DNA of 64,000 bases from Pseudomonadota bacterium. Its GTDB lineage: Bacteria > Pseudomonadota > Gammaproteobacteria > Burkholderiales > Thiobacillaceae. Below are positions 1 to 11,527 of the stretch, in pieces. The notes beneath the pieces are model-generated. The model was not told the origin of the DNA and made no database searches. It worked only from the letters and a program-made list of their open reading frames with translations. A program made the position numbers and the translations under genes. The stretch spans positions 2,637 through 66,636 of the forward strand of contig JBFMET010000014.1 in assembly GCA_040753235.1 (NCBI GenBank). The letters are read 5' to 3'. The number at the start of each line of letters is the position of its first letter. Position 1 is the first letter of the stretch.

Positions 1-905
1 GCCATCGCTTCCAGCAGCACCAGACCCTGCGTTTCGGTTTTCGACGCGAAGACGAAGACATCGGCAGCGCAGTAGCACGCCGGCAGCTCGGTCTTGCGTT
101 CGAGGTAGCCGACGAAGCGCACGCTGTCCTGGAGGCCGCGCTTCGCAACGGCGCGTTCGAGCGCGGCGCGCGCCGGGCCTTCGCCGGCGATCACCAGCAG
201 CACCTCGGGCAGGCGCGCGCGCGCCGCTTCGGTCACGGCGAGCAGAAAGTCGAGGTTCTTCTCGAACGCCACGCGCCCGACGTAGGCCATCACCGGGCGT
301 CCGGGCGGGATGCCGTGGCGCGCGCGGAACGCCGGGCCGTCGCAATGCGCGAAGTCGGCGAGGTTGAGACCGGTCGGAATGATGTGAACCGGACGCGTCA
401 CGCCGTAGGCTTCGAGCGTGGTCTTCATCGCCGACGACGGCGCGATGACCGCGGTGACGCCGTCGCATTCCTTGCGCGAGATCCTGCGCGCCGTCGCCGC
501 CAGCCAGGCGCGCGGCAAAAAGGGCAGGTAGTGGTGGAAGTATTCCTCGAACAGCGTGTGGTAGGTCTCGACGCACGGCAGGCCGTGCTTGCGCGCCCAG
601 CGCACGCCGGCGCGGTGGGCGAGGAAGGGGGTGTGGATGTGGATGAGGTCGAAGCCGGCCGGATCGAGCCGATCCAGCGCGGCGGCAAGCGCGCGCGGAT
701 GCATCAGGCGGTCTTCCGGATCGCGCGGAATCTGCCAGCCCGGCACCCGCACGATGTCGGCTTCGGGCATCGCGCCCGGATAGTCCGGCGCCACCAGCAC
801 GCTGGCGTGCCCCGCTTCGGTCAGGCCCTGACGCAGGGTCTGGATCGACGTCGACACGCCGTTGACGCGCGGGAAGTACACGTCGGACACCATCAGGATA
901 CGCAC
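1..905 (-). CDS. Glycosyltransferase family 4 (GT-B), 3' end outside window
   Basis: Missing from the ORF track because it runs off the left edge. The reverse complement from GTG at 905 reads VRILMVSDVYFPRVNGVSTSIQT, a typical GT4 N-terminus. Confidence 0.85.
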   Translation of the reverse strand, partial: MRILMVSDVYFPRVNGVSTSIQTLRQGLTEAGHASVLVAPDYPGAMPEADIVRVPGWQIPRDPEDRLMHPRALAAALDRLDPAGFDLIHIHTPFLAHRAGVRWARKHGLPCVETYHTLFEEYFHHYLPFLPRAWLAATARRISRKECDGVTAVIAPSSAMKTTLEAYGVTRPVHIIPTGLNLADFAHCDGPAFRARHGIPPGRPVMAYVGRVAFEKNLDFLLAVTEAARARLPEVLLVIAGEGPARAALERAVAKRGLQDSVRFVGYLERKTELPACYCAADVFVFASKTETQGLVLLEAM

Positions 906-976
906 GGCAGACTCTCTCACGGGGAAAGTCTGCGTTGTATGGCAAGCAGGTTACACGGCGATGACAGTGCGGTGCA

Positions 977-1603
977 TCAGGACCGGTTGCGAACCGCGCC
1001 GTAGACAAGCAGGACGCACACCAGCAGGGCGAGGCCGGTTGCCACGCGCTGCCCGTGCGTGGCCGCGACGCGGCGGGCCTGCCAATCGAGATCCAGCACC
1101 GCAGCGCGCTGGCTGGCGCTCTGGCCGAGAAAGTCCGCCTGCTGGATGGCCTGGACCGACAGCACGTTGAGTTTGAACAAGGCCTCGCGCGCCGCGTCCC
1201 AATCTTCCTCGCCGGCAACCAGGGCGTTCTCCAGATCGACGCGGAAACGGTCCATTCCCTTGAAGCGCGCCGCCAGCGCATCGACGGCCGCCCGGTCGCC
1301 CGCCTGCATCGCCGCCAGGCGGGACAGCTCGGACGCGATTGCCGCCTGCTGCGCGGCGGCCTTTTTCTGGTAGACGGGCAATTTCAGGACGGTCGAATAG
1401 AACTCGTTCATCGTCAGTTCGTAGCCGGCGGCCTGCGCCTTGAGCGACTGCGCGATGCGATACGTCTGGAACGTGGCCGTACGCGCGGCTTCCGCCGAGT
1501 GCCCGGCCCGCGCGAGCTGTTCGCCGGCCCAGTACGACGAACCCGCCCCGATCAGCGCGAGCAGGGCCCCCAGAATGAACAACGTGCATGCGCCAGGTTT
1601 CAT
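977..1603 (-). CDS. Hypothetical membrane protein (TM - helical periplasmic domain - TM)
   Basis: 208-aa ORF with hydrophobic segments at both ends and an amphipathic helical middle; host-like codon usage. Confidence 0.65.
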   Translation of the reverse strand: MKPGACTLFILGALLALIGAGSSYWAGEQLARAGHSAEAARTATFQTYRIAQSLKAQAAGYELTMNEFYSTVLKLPVYQKKAAAQQAAIASELSRLAAMQAGDRAAVDALAARFKGMDRFRVDLENALVAGEEDWDAAREALFKLNVLSVQAIQQADFLGQSASQRAAVLDLDWQARRVAATHGQRVATGLALLVCVLLVYGAVRNRS

Positions 1604-1669
1604 GTCCTGCCTCAGGTAGTGGATGACACCTGGTTGGTCGAGGCAGCGTGAATTTACTTACACGGCAGG

Positions 1670-2269
1670 TCAGAGATCGATGCCCGGCTGCGCCTTCACC
1701 CCGGCACGAAAGGCATGCTTCTCGTCGGCGATGACCGATACGGTGTCGGCCAGCTCGATCAGGGCGTCGGGCGCGGCGCGCCCGGTGACGACCACGTGCT
1801 GCAGCGGTGGCCGGTGCGCGAGCGCGTCGAGCACGGTGTCGGCGTCGAGGTAGCCATAGCTCAGGAGATAGGTCAGCTCGTCGAGCACGACCAGATTGAA
1901 CGAAGGATCGGCCAGCATGCGCGCGGCGATCGCCCAGCCGCGCTGGGCGGTGGCGATGTCCTGTTCGCGGTTCTGCGTGTCCCAGGTGAAGCCGTCGCCG
2001 GTGACGTGCCATTCGGCAAATTTGCCGAGGAAGGCTTCCTCGCCGGTGTCGGTGCGGCTCTTGATGAACTGCACCACGCCGACCTTCATGCCGTGGCCGA
2101 GCGCGCGCGCGACCATGCCGAAGGCCGACGTGCTCTTGCCCTTGCCGTTGCCGGTGATGACGAGCAGGAGGCCGCGCTCGTCGGTGGCCGCGGCGATGGC
2201 GGCGTCGATGTACGCCTTCTTGCGTGCCATGCGCGCGGCGTGGCGGGCGTTGATGTCGGATTCAACCAT
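1670..2269 (-). CDS. cobO: Cob(I)yrinic acid a,c-diamide adenosyltransferase
   Basis: Motifs ITGNGKGKSTSAFGM, QFIK, LDELTY and TGR; lies downstream of btuB. Confidence 0.95.
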   Translation of the reverse strand: MVESDINARHAARMARKKAYIDAAIAAATDERGLLLVITGNGKGKSTSAFGMVARALGHGMKVGVVQFIKSRTDTGEEAFLGKFAEWHVTGDGFTWDTQNREQDIATAQRGWAIAARMLADPSFNLVVLDELTYLLSYGYLDADTVLDALAHRPPLQHVVVTGRAAPDALIELADTVSVIADEKHAFRAGVKAQPGIDL

Positions 2270-2303
2270 GCTTTCTCATCCTCGAACTGCGTACCCGACG
2301 ATC

Positions 2304-4118
2304 TTAGTCGGGCAGGTATTGCAGCGCCAGCAGGCCGTTCACACCCGGCGTGTTGTAACCGCGCACGAGCTGATACTCGGCATTGAGCACGTTGTTGACG
2401 CGCAGCAGCACGCGCCAGCTCGGTTTCATCTGGTATTGCACCCGCGCGTCGAGGCGCGCGTAGCCGGGCAGGTCCTGCGTGTTGGCGGCATTGGTGTAGC
2501 GGCCGGATGACGCCACCAGGGTCGCGCCGAGTTCCCAGCGTCCCAGGGTCTTCGCCACGTCGAGCGAAGCGTGCCGGCGTGCGCGGTAGGTCAGCAGATT
2601 GCCGGTCGCGTCGTTCAGCGTCCGCTGCCAGTCGACGCTCGCCTGCACGCGCATGCCTGCAATCTGCGTGCCGCCGTCGAGCGTGAGGCCTTCGAGGGTC
2701 GCGCGGTCGACGTTCTCCATGGTGGGGAAGACGTAGACGATCAGATCCTCGACGCGGTTGCGATAAGCGGTGAGCCCGAGCCAGTCGCCGCGATCCCGGT
2801 AGCGCAGCGAGACTTCGGCATTGCGCCCGCGCTCGGGTCGCAGGTTCGGATTGCCCTGGAAGAACGCGGTGACCGGCCAGTACATGTCGTTGAAAGTCGG
2901 CGCCTTGAACGAGGTGCCGACGCTCGCGCTCGCCCGCCACGCCGCCGCAAACTGGTAGGCATAACCGAGCATGCCGGTGGTGTGGCCGCCAAAATCGCTG
3001 TAGTCGTCGTGGCGCAGCGAGGCCTGCAGCGTGTGCGGCCCCCACTGGACGAGATAGCCGAGCTGGCCGGCGTCGACCGTGCGGCGGGTGCGCGTGAAGA
3101 GCGTGCTCGCGTCGACGTCCTGCCGGTTGCGCTCAAGACTGGCCGTCAAGGTGCCGGCAGCCAGGGTGAAATCATTCTGCCACAAGGCCTGGATCTGGTC
3201 GGTGTCGAAACGCCCGGTGGATGCGCCGAGGCTGAAGTTCTGCGTGTGGTTCTGGCCCAGGCCCAGACGCAGCTGGCTCGTCCAGGCTTCGCCGAGCTGG
3301 CCGCGCCACCACGCCGCCAGATGGTTGACCGCGTTGCGCGCGTAATCGTCCGCCGTGCCGGCGTCGTACTCGACACGGTCGCGATTCGCCAGCGCCGCAA
3401 CGCCGATCTGATGACGCGCGCCCAATGCGTGCTCGATGTGCAGCTGCGCGCTGCGCTTCTCGTGGCCGTCGTGATCCGCGTGGTAACCAAAGGTGCCGGG
3501 GCGGGCCGCGGAAAACCCGCCGTCGCTGCGGCTGAGCCCCGCGCCGACGCTGAAGCGGGTGGCGCCCGCCTCGCCGCCGTAGCGGATGCGACCTTGCGCC
3601 CGCCCGTGGCTGCCGACGCCGAGCGCGCCCGACACCGCCGGCGCGCCGCGGCCCTGGCGCGTGAAGATCTGCACCACGCCGGTGACCGCGTCGGCGCCGT
3701 AGAGGCTCGACGCCGGTCCGCGCAGGATTTCGATGCGCTCGATCTGGTCCAGGGAAAGAGTTTCGAGCGGCGTAGTGCCGGTCGTCGCCGACCCCACGCG
3801 CAGGCCGTCGACCAGCACCAGGGTGTGGCCGCTGTTGCCGCCGCGGATGCGCAGCGAGGCATTGGCGCCGGGGCCGCCTTCCTGGGTCATCTCGATGCCG
3901 GGCTGGGCCTGCAGCAGTTCGAGCAGGGAGGTCTGGCCCGCACGCACGATCTGCTCCGCGGTGATGACGGTGACGTCGCCGACGAGGGTGTCGAGCGGTG
4001 CGGCCACGCGCGTCGGCGTGACGACGATGGTTTCGCCGACGAATGCCGGCAGGCTGTCCGCATGCGCGGAGGAAGCGGCGAGTGCGCCCAGGGCGAGCGC
4101 GAGTGTAGTTTGACGCAT
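2304..4118 (-). CDS. btuB: TonB-dependent vitamin B12 receptor
   Basis: Signal peptide from MRQTT (ATG 4118), plug motifs (LVLVDG, IERIEILRGPASSLYGADAVTGVVQIFT), beta-barrel C-terminus; preceded by a cobalamin riboswitch. Confidence 0.9.
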   Translation of the reverse strand: MRQTTLALALGALAASSAHADSLPAFVGETIVVTPTRVAAPLDTLVGDVTVITAEQIVRAGQTSLLELLQAQPGIEMTQEGGPGANASLRIRGGNSGHTLVLVDGLRVGSATTGTTPLETLSLDQIERIEILRGPASSLYGADAVTGVVQIFTRQGRGAPAVSGALGVGSHGRAQGRIRYGGEAGATRFSVGAGLSRSDGGFSAARPGTFGYHADHDGHEKRSAQLHIEHALGARHQIGVAALANRDRVEYDAGTADDYARNAVNHLAAWWRGQLGEAWTSQLRLGLGQNHTQNFSLGASTGRFDTDQIQALWQNDFTLAAGTLTASLERNRQDVDASTLFTRTRRTVDAGQLGYLVQWGPHTLQASLRHDDYSDFGGHTTGMLGYAYQFAAAWRASASVGTSFKAPTFNDMYWPVTAFFQGNPNLRPERGRNAEVSLRYRDRGDWLGLTAYRNRVEDLIVYVFPTMENVDRATLEGLTLDGGTQIAGMRVQASVDWQRTLNDATGNLLTYRARRHASLDVAKTLGRWELGATLVASSGRYTNAANTQDLPGYARLDARVQYQMKPSWRVLLRVNNVLNAEYQLVRGYNTPGVNGLLALQYLPD

Positions 4119-4188
4119 GATGGTTTCCGGTTTGGGCGCCTGGTTCCCCGCAGGCGCGTTGCACGATCCGCTGCCGCACGCGGCAGGG

Positions 4189-4402
4189 CTCAGGCCGGTA
4201 TCCGGGCTCACGCCTGAAGTGCATCGCCTTCCCGGGCTATCCGATTTTCCGATGTGGAAAATCAGCGTTTAGCCGCCCAGTGGCGTGTGTGATGCACCGT
4301 TTAGCGCTGACCGTTGCGGGGGCAGCACAGGCTTTGCGAAAACTCGCGCACCTGTTTCCCGTTTATCCTCGGCGGCGGAACGCCGCGTCGGCACCTGAAG
4401 CT
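4189..4402 (-). ncRNA. Cobalamin (AdoCbl) riboswitch
   Basis: Minus strand carries AGGTGC...CGGGAAACAGGTG...GCCTGTGCTGCCCCCGCAACGGT...GCCACTG...GGGAAGGC...GAGCCCGGATACCGGCC, the B12-box consensus, in the btuB leader. Confidence 0.93.
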
Positions 4403-4427
4403 GCGCATTATACGCGCGCGCGGCCGA

Positions 4428-4456
4428 TTGACCACCTGCGCGACCGCCCCTATAGT
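4428..4456 (+). promoter_or_regulatory. Sigma70 promoter for the zapB-like/zapA operon
   Basis: TTGACC(4428-33)-N17-TATAGT(4451-56). Confidence 0.7.
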
Positions 4457-4462
4457 CGCGCC

Positions 4463-4660
4463 ATGCACGCCGAACTCGACGCCCTCGAAGCCCGCATCCG
4501 CCAGGTGGCCGAGCTGTGCCACGCGCTGCGGAAGGAGAACATCGCCCTGCGCCAGCAGTTGCTGGCAGCGCAGCAGGAGTCGAAACAGCTCACGGCCAAG
4601 CTCGACGCCGCCAAGGCCCGTGTGCAGGGCCTGCTCGACACGCTGCCGGAGGACGCCTGA
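4463..4660 (+). CDS. Small coiled-coil cell division protein (ZapB-like)
   Basis: 65-aa heptad-rich ORF MHAELDALEARIRQV..., overlapping zapA by TGATG; this is the conserved position upstream of zapA. Confidence 0.75.
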   Translation: MHAELDALEARIRQVAELCHALRKENIALRQQLLAAQQESKQLTAKLDAAKARVQGLLDTLPEDA

Positions 4661-4959
4661 TGGCCGGCCCGCGCTCGATCGAAATCCACATCCTCGGCCG
4701 CGCCTACAAGGTCGCGTGCTCGCGCGAGGAAGAGCCGGCGCTGCTCGCCGCGGCCGACTACCTCGACGAAAAAATGCGCGCGATCCGCGAGACCAGCAAG
4801 GTCATCGGCGCCGAGCGCATCGCCATCATGGCGGGGCTCAACCTCGCGCACGACCTGCTCACCCAGGGCGGCGGCGAGCAGGTCGAGGTGCACGGCCGGC
4901 TCAAGCAGTGCAACGCCCTGCTCGACGCCGTGCTGGAAGACCAGGACACGCTCTTCTGA
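4660..4959 (+). CDS. zapA: Cell division protein ZapA
   Basis: IHILGRAYKVAC...AADYLDEKM...ERIAIMAGLNLAHDLL; conserved zapA-ssrS-fau synteny. Confidence 0.9.
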   Translation: MAGPRSIEIHILGRAYKVACSREEEPALLAAADYLDEKMRAIRETSKVIGAERIAIMAGLNLAHDLLTQGGGEQVEVHGRLKQCNALLDAVLEDQDTLF

Positions 4960-4999
4960 TTCCATTCCGGATCGACCGGGAAAGGAATACACTTAAGGC

Positions 5000-5181
5000 G
5001 CTCCCTGCGGTGTTCGAGGCTGGCTGCGATTTCTCTGAACCAATGCATACGTGCAAGGCTGCCGTCTATTCCGGTGCGGGTGTGCGCGTGACACGTCTCA
5101 TGTGCCCAAAGCGCCTTTGATGGCGGCCATCTTGAACCCCGGTTCAAGAGTCCGCGGTCAGTCACGGCACAGGCGGGGAGC
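5000..5181 (+). ncRNA. ssrS: 6S RNA
   Basis: About 182 nt with complementary ends (GCTCCCTG...GGGGAGC), TGAACC and CGGTTCAAG motifs, between zapA and the cyclo-ligase; upstream TTCCGG-N17-TACACT promoter. Confidence 0.9.
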
Positions 5182-5258
5182 CCTTTTTTTCCGATCCGCA
5201 TTGAAAGCGACGCCTTGTCGTCTACGCGTCTCGCTTTCCATGCGAGCCGGCCCGCCCA

Positions 5259-5849
5259 ATGGATAAATACGCCCTCCGTCGCCAGCTCAAGGCCGCCCGC
5301 CGCGCGAAGACGCCGGCCGAGCGCCGTCACGCCGCACGCGCCGCGCTGCGTATTGCCCTGCATCAGGGTCTGTTCCTGCGCGCCCGGCGGATCGGTTTCT
5401 ACCTGCCGCAGGGCGGCGAGTTCGACGTCCATCCCCTGCTCGACCAGGCGCTGTGCATGCAGCGCGACTGCTACCTGCCGATGCTGCCCAAGCGGGGGCG
5501 GGTGATGCGCTTCGGACGCGTGACGCGCGGCATGCAGACGGCGAAGAACCGCTACGGCATCCCCGAACCGCTCGATGCGAAGCCGCTGCGCGCGCGCCAG
5601 CTCGATCTGCTGCTGATGCCGCTGGTGGGGTTCGACCGGGACGGCCACCGGCTGGGGATGGGCGGCGGCTTCTACGACGCCACGCTCGCCTTCATGCGCC
5701 ACCGACGCCACTGGCGCAAGCCGCGGCTGGTGGGCGTCGCCTACGCATGCCAGCGGGTCGACACGCTGCCGCGCGAACCCTGGGACATGCCGCTCGACGC
5801 GGTGCTCACCGAGCGCCGGCTGCACCGCTACGACGCAAGCTGCCGCTGA
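5259..5849 (+). CDS. ygfA: 5-formyltetrahydrofolate cyclo-ligase
   Basis: NRYGIPEP, LDLLLMPLVGFD and RLGMGGGFYD motifs. Confidence 0.93.
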   Translation: MDKYALRRQLKAARRAKTPAERRHAARAALRIALHQGLFLRARRIGFYLPQGGEFDVHPLLDQALCMQRDCYLPMLPKRGRVMRFGRVTRGMQTAKNRYGIPEPLDAKPLRARQLDLLLMPLVGFDRDGHRLGMGGGFYDATLAFMRHRRHWRKPRLVGVAYACQRVDTLPREPWDMPLDAVLTERRLHRYDASCR

Positions 5850-5856
5850 AGCGGTC

Positions 5857-7371
5857 TCAGCCCTTCTGCACTTCGCGGTCGAGTTCGCCGCTCTTCAGCT
5901 TCGCCTGATACTCGTCCAGCATCACCCGCACCTTGCCGCTCAGCAAGTACAGGCCGATGAGGTTGGGGAAGGCCATCGCCAGCACCAGGAGGTCGGTGAA
6001 GTCGACCATGTTCGCCGCGCTCGCCACCGAGGCGATGACGATGAACACCAGGAACATCACGCGATAGATCATCGACGTGCGCTCGCCGAACAGGTAGGCC
6101 CAGCAGCGTTCGCCATAGTAGGACCAGGAAATCATGGTGCTGTAGGCGAACAGCACCACCGACACGGTGAGGATGATGGGGAACCAGTCGGACACGGTGG
6201 CGAAGGCCACCGAAGTCAGCGCCGCGCCCTTGCTGGCCTCGCGGATCGCCAGGGTGGCCGGGTCGTTGTAGACGCCGGTGATGATGATGACCAGCGCGGT
6301 CATGGTGCAGATGACGATGGTGTCGATGAAAGGTTCGTAAAGCGCGACCATGCCCTGGCGGATCGGGTATTTCACCGACGCGGTCGAATGCACGATCGCC
6401 GCCGAACCCAGGCCCGCCTCGCTGGAGAAGGCGGCGCGCTTGAAGCCCTGCACCAGCACGCCGACCATGCCGCCGGCGACCGCGATCGGCGCGAAGGCTT
6501 CGGTGACGATCTTCGCCAACGCCTGCGGCACGTGTTCGAGGTTGCCGAGCACGATCCACAGACAGGCGGAAAGATAGATCAGGATCATGGTCGGCACCAC
6601 CGCCTCGGCGGTATGCGCGATGCGGCGCAGGCCGCCGATGATGACGACGCCCACCGCCACGCCCATGATGAGGCCGTAGGCAATCGGCACGTCGTGGAAG
6701 AAGGGCAGCTGCTCCTGCACCGCGCCGAGCGACTGGCTCACCTGGAAGGCGCTGCCGGCGCCGAAGGAACCCAGCACGGCGAAGATCGCGAACATGCCGG
6801 CGAGGGCCTTGCCGGTGCGCGGCCAGTTGAATTCGGCAAAACCTTTCGACAGATATTCCATCGGGCCGCCCATGATGCGCCCGTCCGGGCGCACTTCGCG
6901 GTAGCGCTGCGCGAGCGTCGCCTCGGTGAACTTGGTCGTCATGCCGAGGAAGCCGGCGACGATCATCCAGAAGGTCGCACCCGGTCCGCCGATCGAGATC
7001 GCGATCGCCACGCCGGCGATGTTGCCGAGGCCGACGGTTGCCGACAGCGCCGTGGTCAGCGCCTGGAACGGGCTCACCTCGCCCTTGTCGTCGACGGTGT
7101 GGTACTTGCCGATGAGCACCCGGAAGCCATGGCGCATCATGCGCAGGTTGACGAAACTGAAGCGCAGCGTGAGGAAGACCGCGGCGACGATCAGCCAGGC
7201 GACGATGAAGGGCATTTCCGCTTCGCCGGGAAAAACGTCGAAGAAGATGACGCTGGCGAGATAACCGTTGAGCGTGCCGAAGAACGCGTCGAGCCGGCCC
7301 GGCTCGGCAGCCCAGGCCAGTTGCGGAAACAGCCCGACGGCTGCGACGAGGATATAGGGGTGTATGGCCAC
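5857..7371 (-). CDS. Alanine/glycine:cation symporter family amino acid carrier
   Basis: SPFQALTTALSATVGLGNIAGVA, GGPGATFWM, FSSEAGLGS and FAYSTMISW motifs; GTG start at 7371 with GGAGG upstream. Confidence 0.9.
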   Translation of the reverse strand: MAIHPYILVAAVGLFPQLAWAAEPGRLDAFFGTLNGYLASVIFFDVFPGEAEMPFIVAWLIVAAVFLTLRFSFVNLRMMRHGFRVLIGKYHTVDDKGEVSPFQALTTALSATVGLGNIAGVAIAISIGGPGATFWMIVAGFLGMTTKFTEATLAQRYREVRPDGRIMGGPMEYLSKGFAEFNWPRTGKALAGMFAIFAVLGSFGAGSAFQVSQSLGAVQEQLPFFHDVPIAYGLIMGVAVGVVIIGGLRRIAHTAEAVVPTMILIYLSACLWIVLGNLEHVPQALAKIVTEAFAPIAVAGGMVGVLVQGFKRAAFSSEAGLGSAAIVHSTASVKYPIRQGMVALYEPFIDTIVICTMTALVIIITGVYNDPATLAIREASKGAALTSVAFATVSDWFPIILTVSVVLFAYSTMISWSYYGERCWAYLFGERTSMIYRVMFLVFIVIASVASAANMVDFTDLLVLAMAFPNLIGLYLLSGKVRVMLDEYQAKLKSGELDREVQKG

Positions 7372-7455
7372 GCTTGCCTCCCATCTTGTTGTCGTTGCCC
7401 GCAACGATAACAAATTTGCCGCCACCGCGGCCCGCAGCGTGAAGATTGCAGGCAC

Positions 7456-7483
7456 AAAAAAGCCGACGCGAGCGTCGGCTTTT
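7456..7483. terminator. Rho-independent terminator (bidirectional)
   Basis: AAAAAAGCCGACGC-loop-GCGTCGGCTTTT downstream of the cytochrome c gene. Confidence 0.75.
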
Positions 7484-7504
7484 CGATCCTTAAAACAGCT
7501 CAGG

Positions 7505-7819
7505 TCACTTCAGGCTCAGCACCCAGGTAATGATCTTTGCCGCGTCTTCCGGCTTGACCTGCGGGCTCGGCGGCATGGGGATCGGACCCCACACGCCCTT
7601 GCCGCCGGTTTTCACTTTTTCGACCAGCACGGCGTGGGCGTTCTTGTCGCCGGCGTACTTGGCGGCGACTTCCTTGAACGCGGGGCCGACAATCTTCTTG
7701 TCGACACCGTGGCAGGACATGCAGGCGCTCTTCTGGGCCAGTTGCTGGTCGGCAGACGCGGCGCCGGACATCAGCAGCAGGGCGGCGGGCACGGCGGCCA
7801 TCACGAGTTTCTTCATCAT
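7505..7819 (-). CDS. Class I c-type cytochrome (c551/c552-like)
   Basis: Signal peptide, CMSCH heme motif, VGPAFKEVA, distal Met in PIPMPP. Confidence 0.92.
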   Translation of the reverse strand: MMKKLVMAAVPAALLLMSGAASADQQLAQKSACMSCHGVDKKIVGPAFKEVAAKYAGDKNAHAVLVEKVKTGGKGVWGPIPMPPSPQVKPEDAAKIITWVLSLK

Positions 7820-7961
7820 CAGGGTATCTCCAAAAAAATCGGGGTTGCGGGGGGGTAATCTCGGAAGATTCGTGAGTGCAATATTAAGGCAAAACCCCCG
7901 TCCCGCAAGGCGAAAAGCTGGTTATTTGCTACCAACTTTGCTAACACCTTCGTTGCCGCCT

Positions 7962-8759
7962 TCACTCGCGTTCTACCAGTTCGCGATAGGCGTGCCAGCT
8001 GGCGTGGCCGAGCCAGGGGAAAATGAGCGCCATGGCGATGAAATCGGTCGCCATGCCGACCGCGACGAGGACGGCGATCAGCGCGGCCCACAGCAGCAAA
8101 ACCGGGAAATTGAGCCGCGTCGTCATGAAACTGGTGACCAGCGCAGTGGCGAAGTCGACCTTGCGGTGCAGCAGCATCGGCAGCGACACCACCGACAGGC
8201 TGAACACCATCAGCGCCAGCACGCCGCCGAAGGCGAGGTAGGCGAGCACGAAATCGGTGTGCTGCTGCACGGCGGAGAGCGTCAACAGATCGCCGAGGCT
8301 GCCGATGCCCGAGCCGCCGAGGAAGAGACCGACCAGGATCGCCGAAATGCGCTCCCACGAGATCAGCACGAACACCAGCGCGAGCGCATACAGGCCAAGC
8401 GACGCCGGGTTGGCGCGCCACGACAGCAGGGGCACGAAGAGGTGCGGCAGCTTGTGGTGATGTTCGAGCCGGTGGCTCACGCAGTAGAACACCGAGGCGA
8501 GCACGGGGGCGACGAAAAGGAAACCGGAAATCAGCGCCATCGCAAGATGCGGCTTGCCCGCCGCAGCGTGCACCAGCCCGTAGCCCAGCGCGGCAAAGAG
8601 GACACCGTAGAAAAGGCTCAGCGGCCACGCCCGGGCCATGTCGCGCGCGCCGTCGCGTAGCCAGCGGAAGGGCTGGTCGAAGCTCGCCCGGCGGATGCCG
8701 GGCAGGTTCATGCGCGCGGCCTGGGGATGGAAAACGGCAGGTTCGGTGTGCGTGCTCAT
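7962..8759 (-). CDS. DUF2189-family integral membrane protein
   Basis: PFRWLRDGARD N-terminus, multiple TM segments, VLASVFYCVS and SLPMLL patterns; ATG 8759 preceded by GGGAG. Confidence 0.75.
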   Translation of the reverse strand: MSTHTEPAVFHPQAARMNLPGIRRASFDQPFRWLRDGARDMARAWPLSLFYGVLFAALGYGLVHAAAGKPHLAMALISGFLFVAPVLASVFYCVSHRLEHHHKLPHLFVPLLSWRANPASLGLYALALVFVLISWERISAILVGLFLGGSGIGSLGDLLTLSAVQQHTDFVLAYLAFGGVLALMVFSLSVVSLPMLLHRKVDFATALVTSFMTTRLNFPVLLLWAALIAVLVAVGMATDFIAMALIFPWLGHASWHAYRELVERE

Positions 8760-8847
8760 GGTGACTCCCTTCACGTAACGAACGGACACCTCCTTTTGAT
8801 AGCAGCGACGGGGACGGGTTCCTAATAGCAAATTCTGATGCGGGCAT

Positions 8848-10863
<2,016 letters not shown>

Positions 10864-10937
10864 GGCGGCGTCTTAATAGTTGATTAAATCGCTCAACAAT
10901 TGTACGCTCACTCGAACCGTATTTGCAGGAGCGCCTC

Positions 10938-11516
10938 ATGTCCCAGGAATTGTTCGCAGCCGCCCAGTCGGGCGATGCCGCCAAAGTGAAATCGCTGCTC
11001 GAGGGCGGCGTCGCCCACAGCGTCACCGACGAAGCGGGCGAGACCGCCTTGATGCACGCCGCGCATCACGGCCACGTCGCCGCGGTCGAAGTGCTGATCG
11101 CCGCCGGCGTCGACGTCAACGCCCAATCGCCGCAGGGCTGGACCGCGCTCGCCAAGGCGGCCTACAACGGCGAGACCGAGCGCGGCTATGTCGAGGTGAT
11201 CGAAGTCCTGCACGAGGCCGGCGCCGCACTCGACGCGCGCATCTTCTTCGGCATCACGCCGCTGATGCTGGCGGCCGGCGGCGGCGACGCCCCGGTGGTG
11301 GAATGGCTGATCAACGCCGGCGCCGACGTGCTCGCCGCCAACGAGGGCGGCCGCACCGCGCGCCTGATGGCGAACGACAAGTTCTACGTCGACGTGATCA
11401 ACCTGCTGACCGAAGCCGAGCGCCAGCTCGGCGTGCAGGAAGACGGCTCATGCTCGTCGACCAGGAGCGTGGTGAAGCCGCAGGTCGTCAACCTGCTGAA
11501 GCCGACCACGCACTAA
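10938..11516 (+). CDS. Ankyrin repeat protein
   Basis: Repeated G-x-T-A/P-L-x-x-AA motifs (GETALMHAA, GWTALAKAA, GITPLMLAA); likely start MSQELF. Confidence 0.88.
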   Translation: MSQELFAAAQSGDAAKVKSLLEGGVAHSVTDEAGETALMHAAHHGHVAAVEVLIAAGVDVNAQSPQGWTALAKAAYNGETERGYVEVIEVLHEAGAALDARIFFGITPLMLAAGGGDAPVVEWLINAGADVLAANEGGRTARLMANDKFYVDVINLLTEAERQLGVQEDGSCSSTRSVVKPQVVNLLKPTTH

Positions 11517-11527
11517 CGTTTCGCACC

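Noticed and set aside
7405-7430. Sigma54-like site upstream of the amino acid symporter (TGGCGGCAAATTTGT, minus strand)
   Set aside because: The invariant -12 GC is missing and I found no enhancer or IHF support.
7920-8835. Recurrent TTGCTA/TAGCAA words upstream of the cytochrome c and DUF2189 genes (also TAATAGC at 40400)
   Set aside because: Short words with no consistent spacing or symmetry; cannot be supported as an operator.
10881-10895. FNR box-like TTGATTAAATCG upstream of the ankyrin gene
   Set aside because: Spacing and the second half-site do not fit TTGAT-N4-ATCAA.
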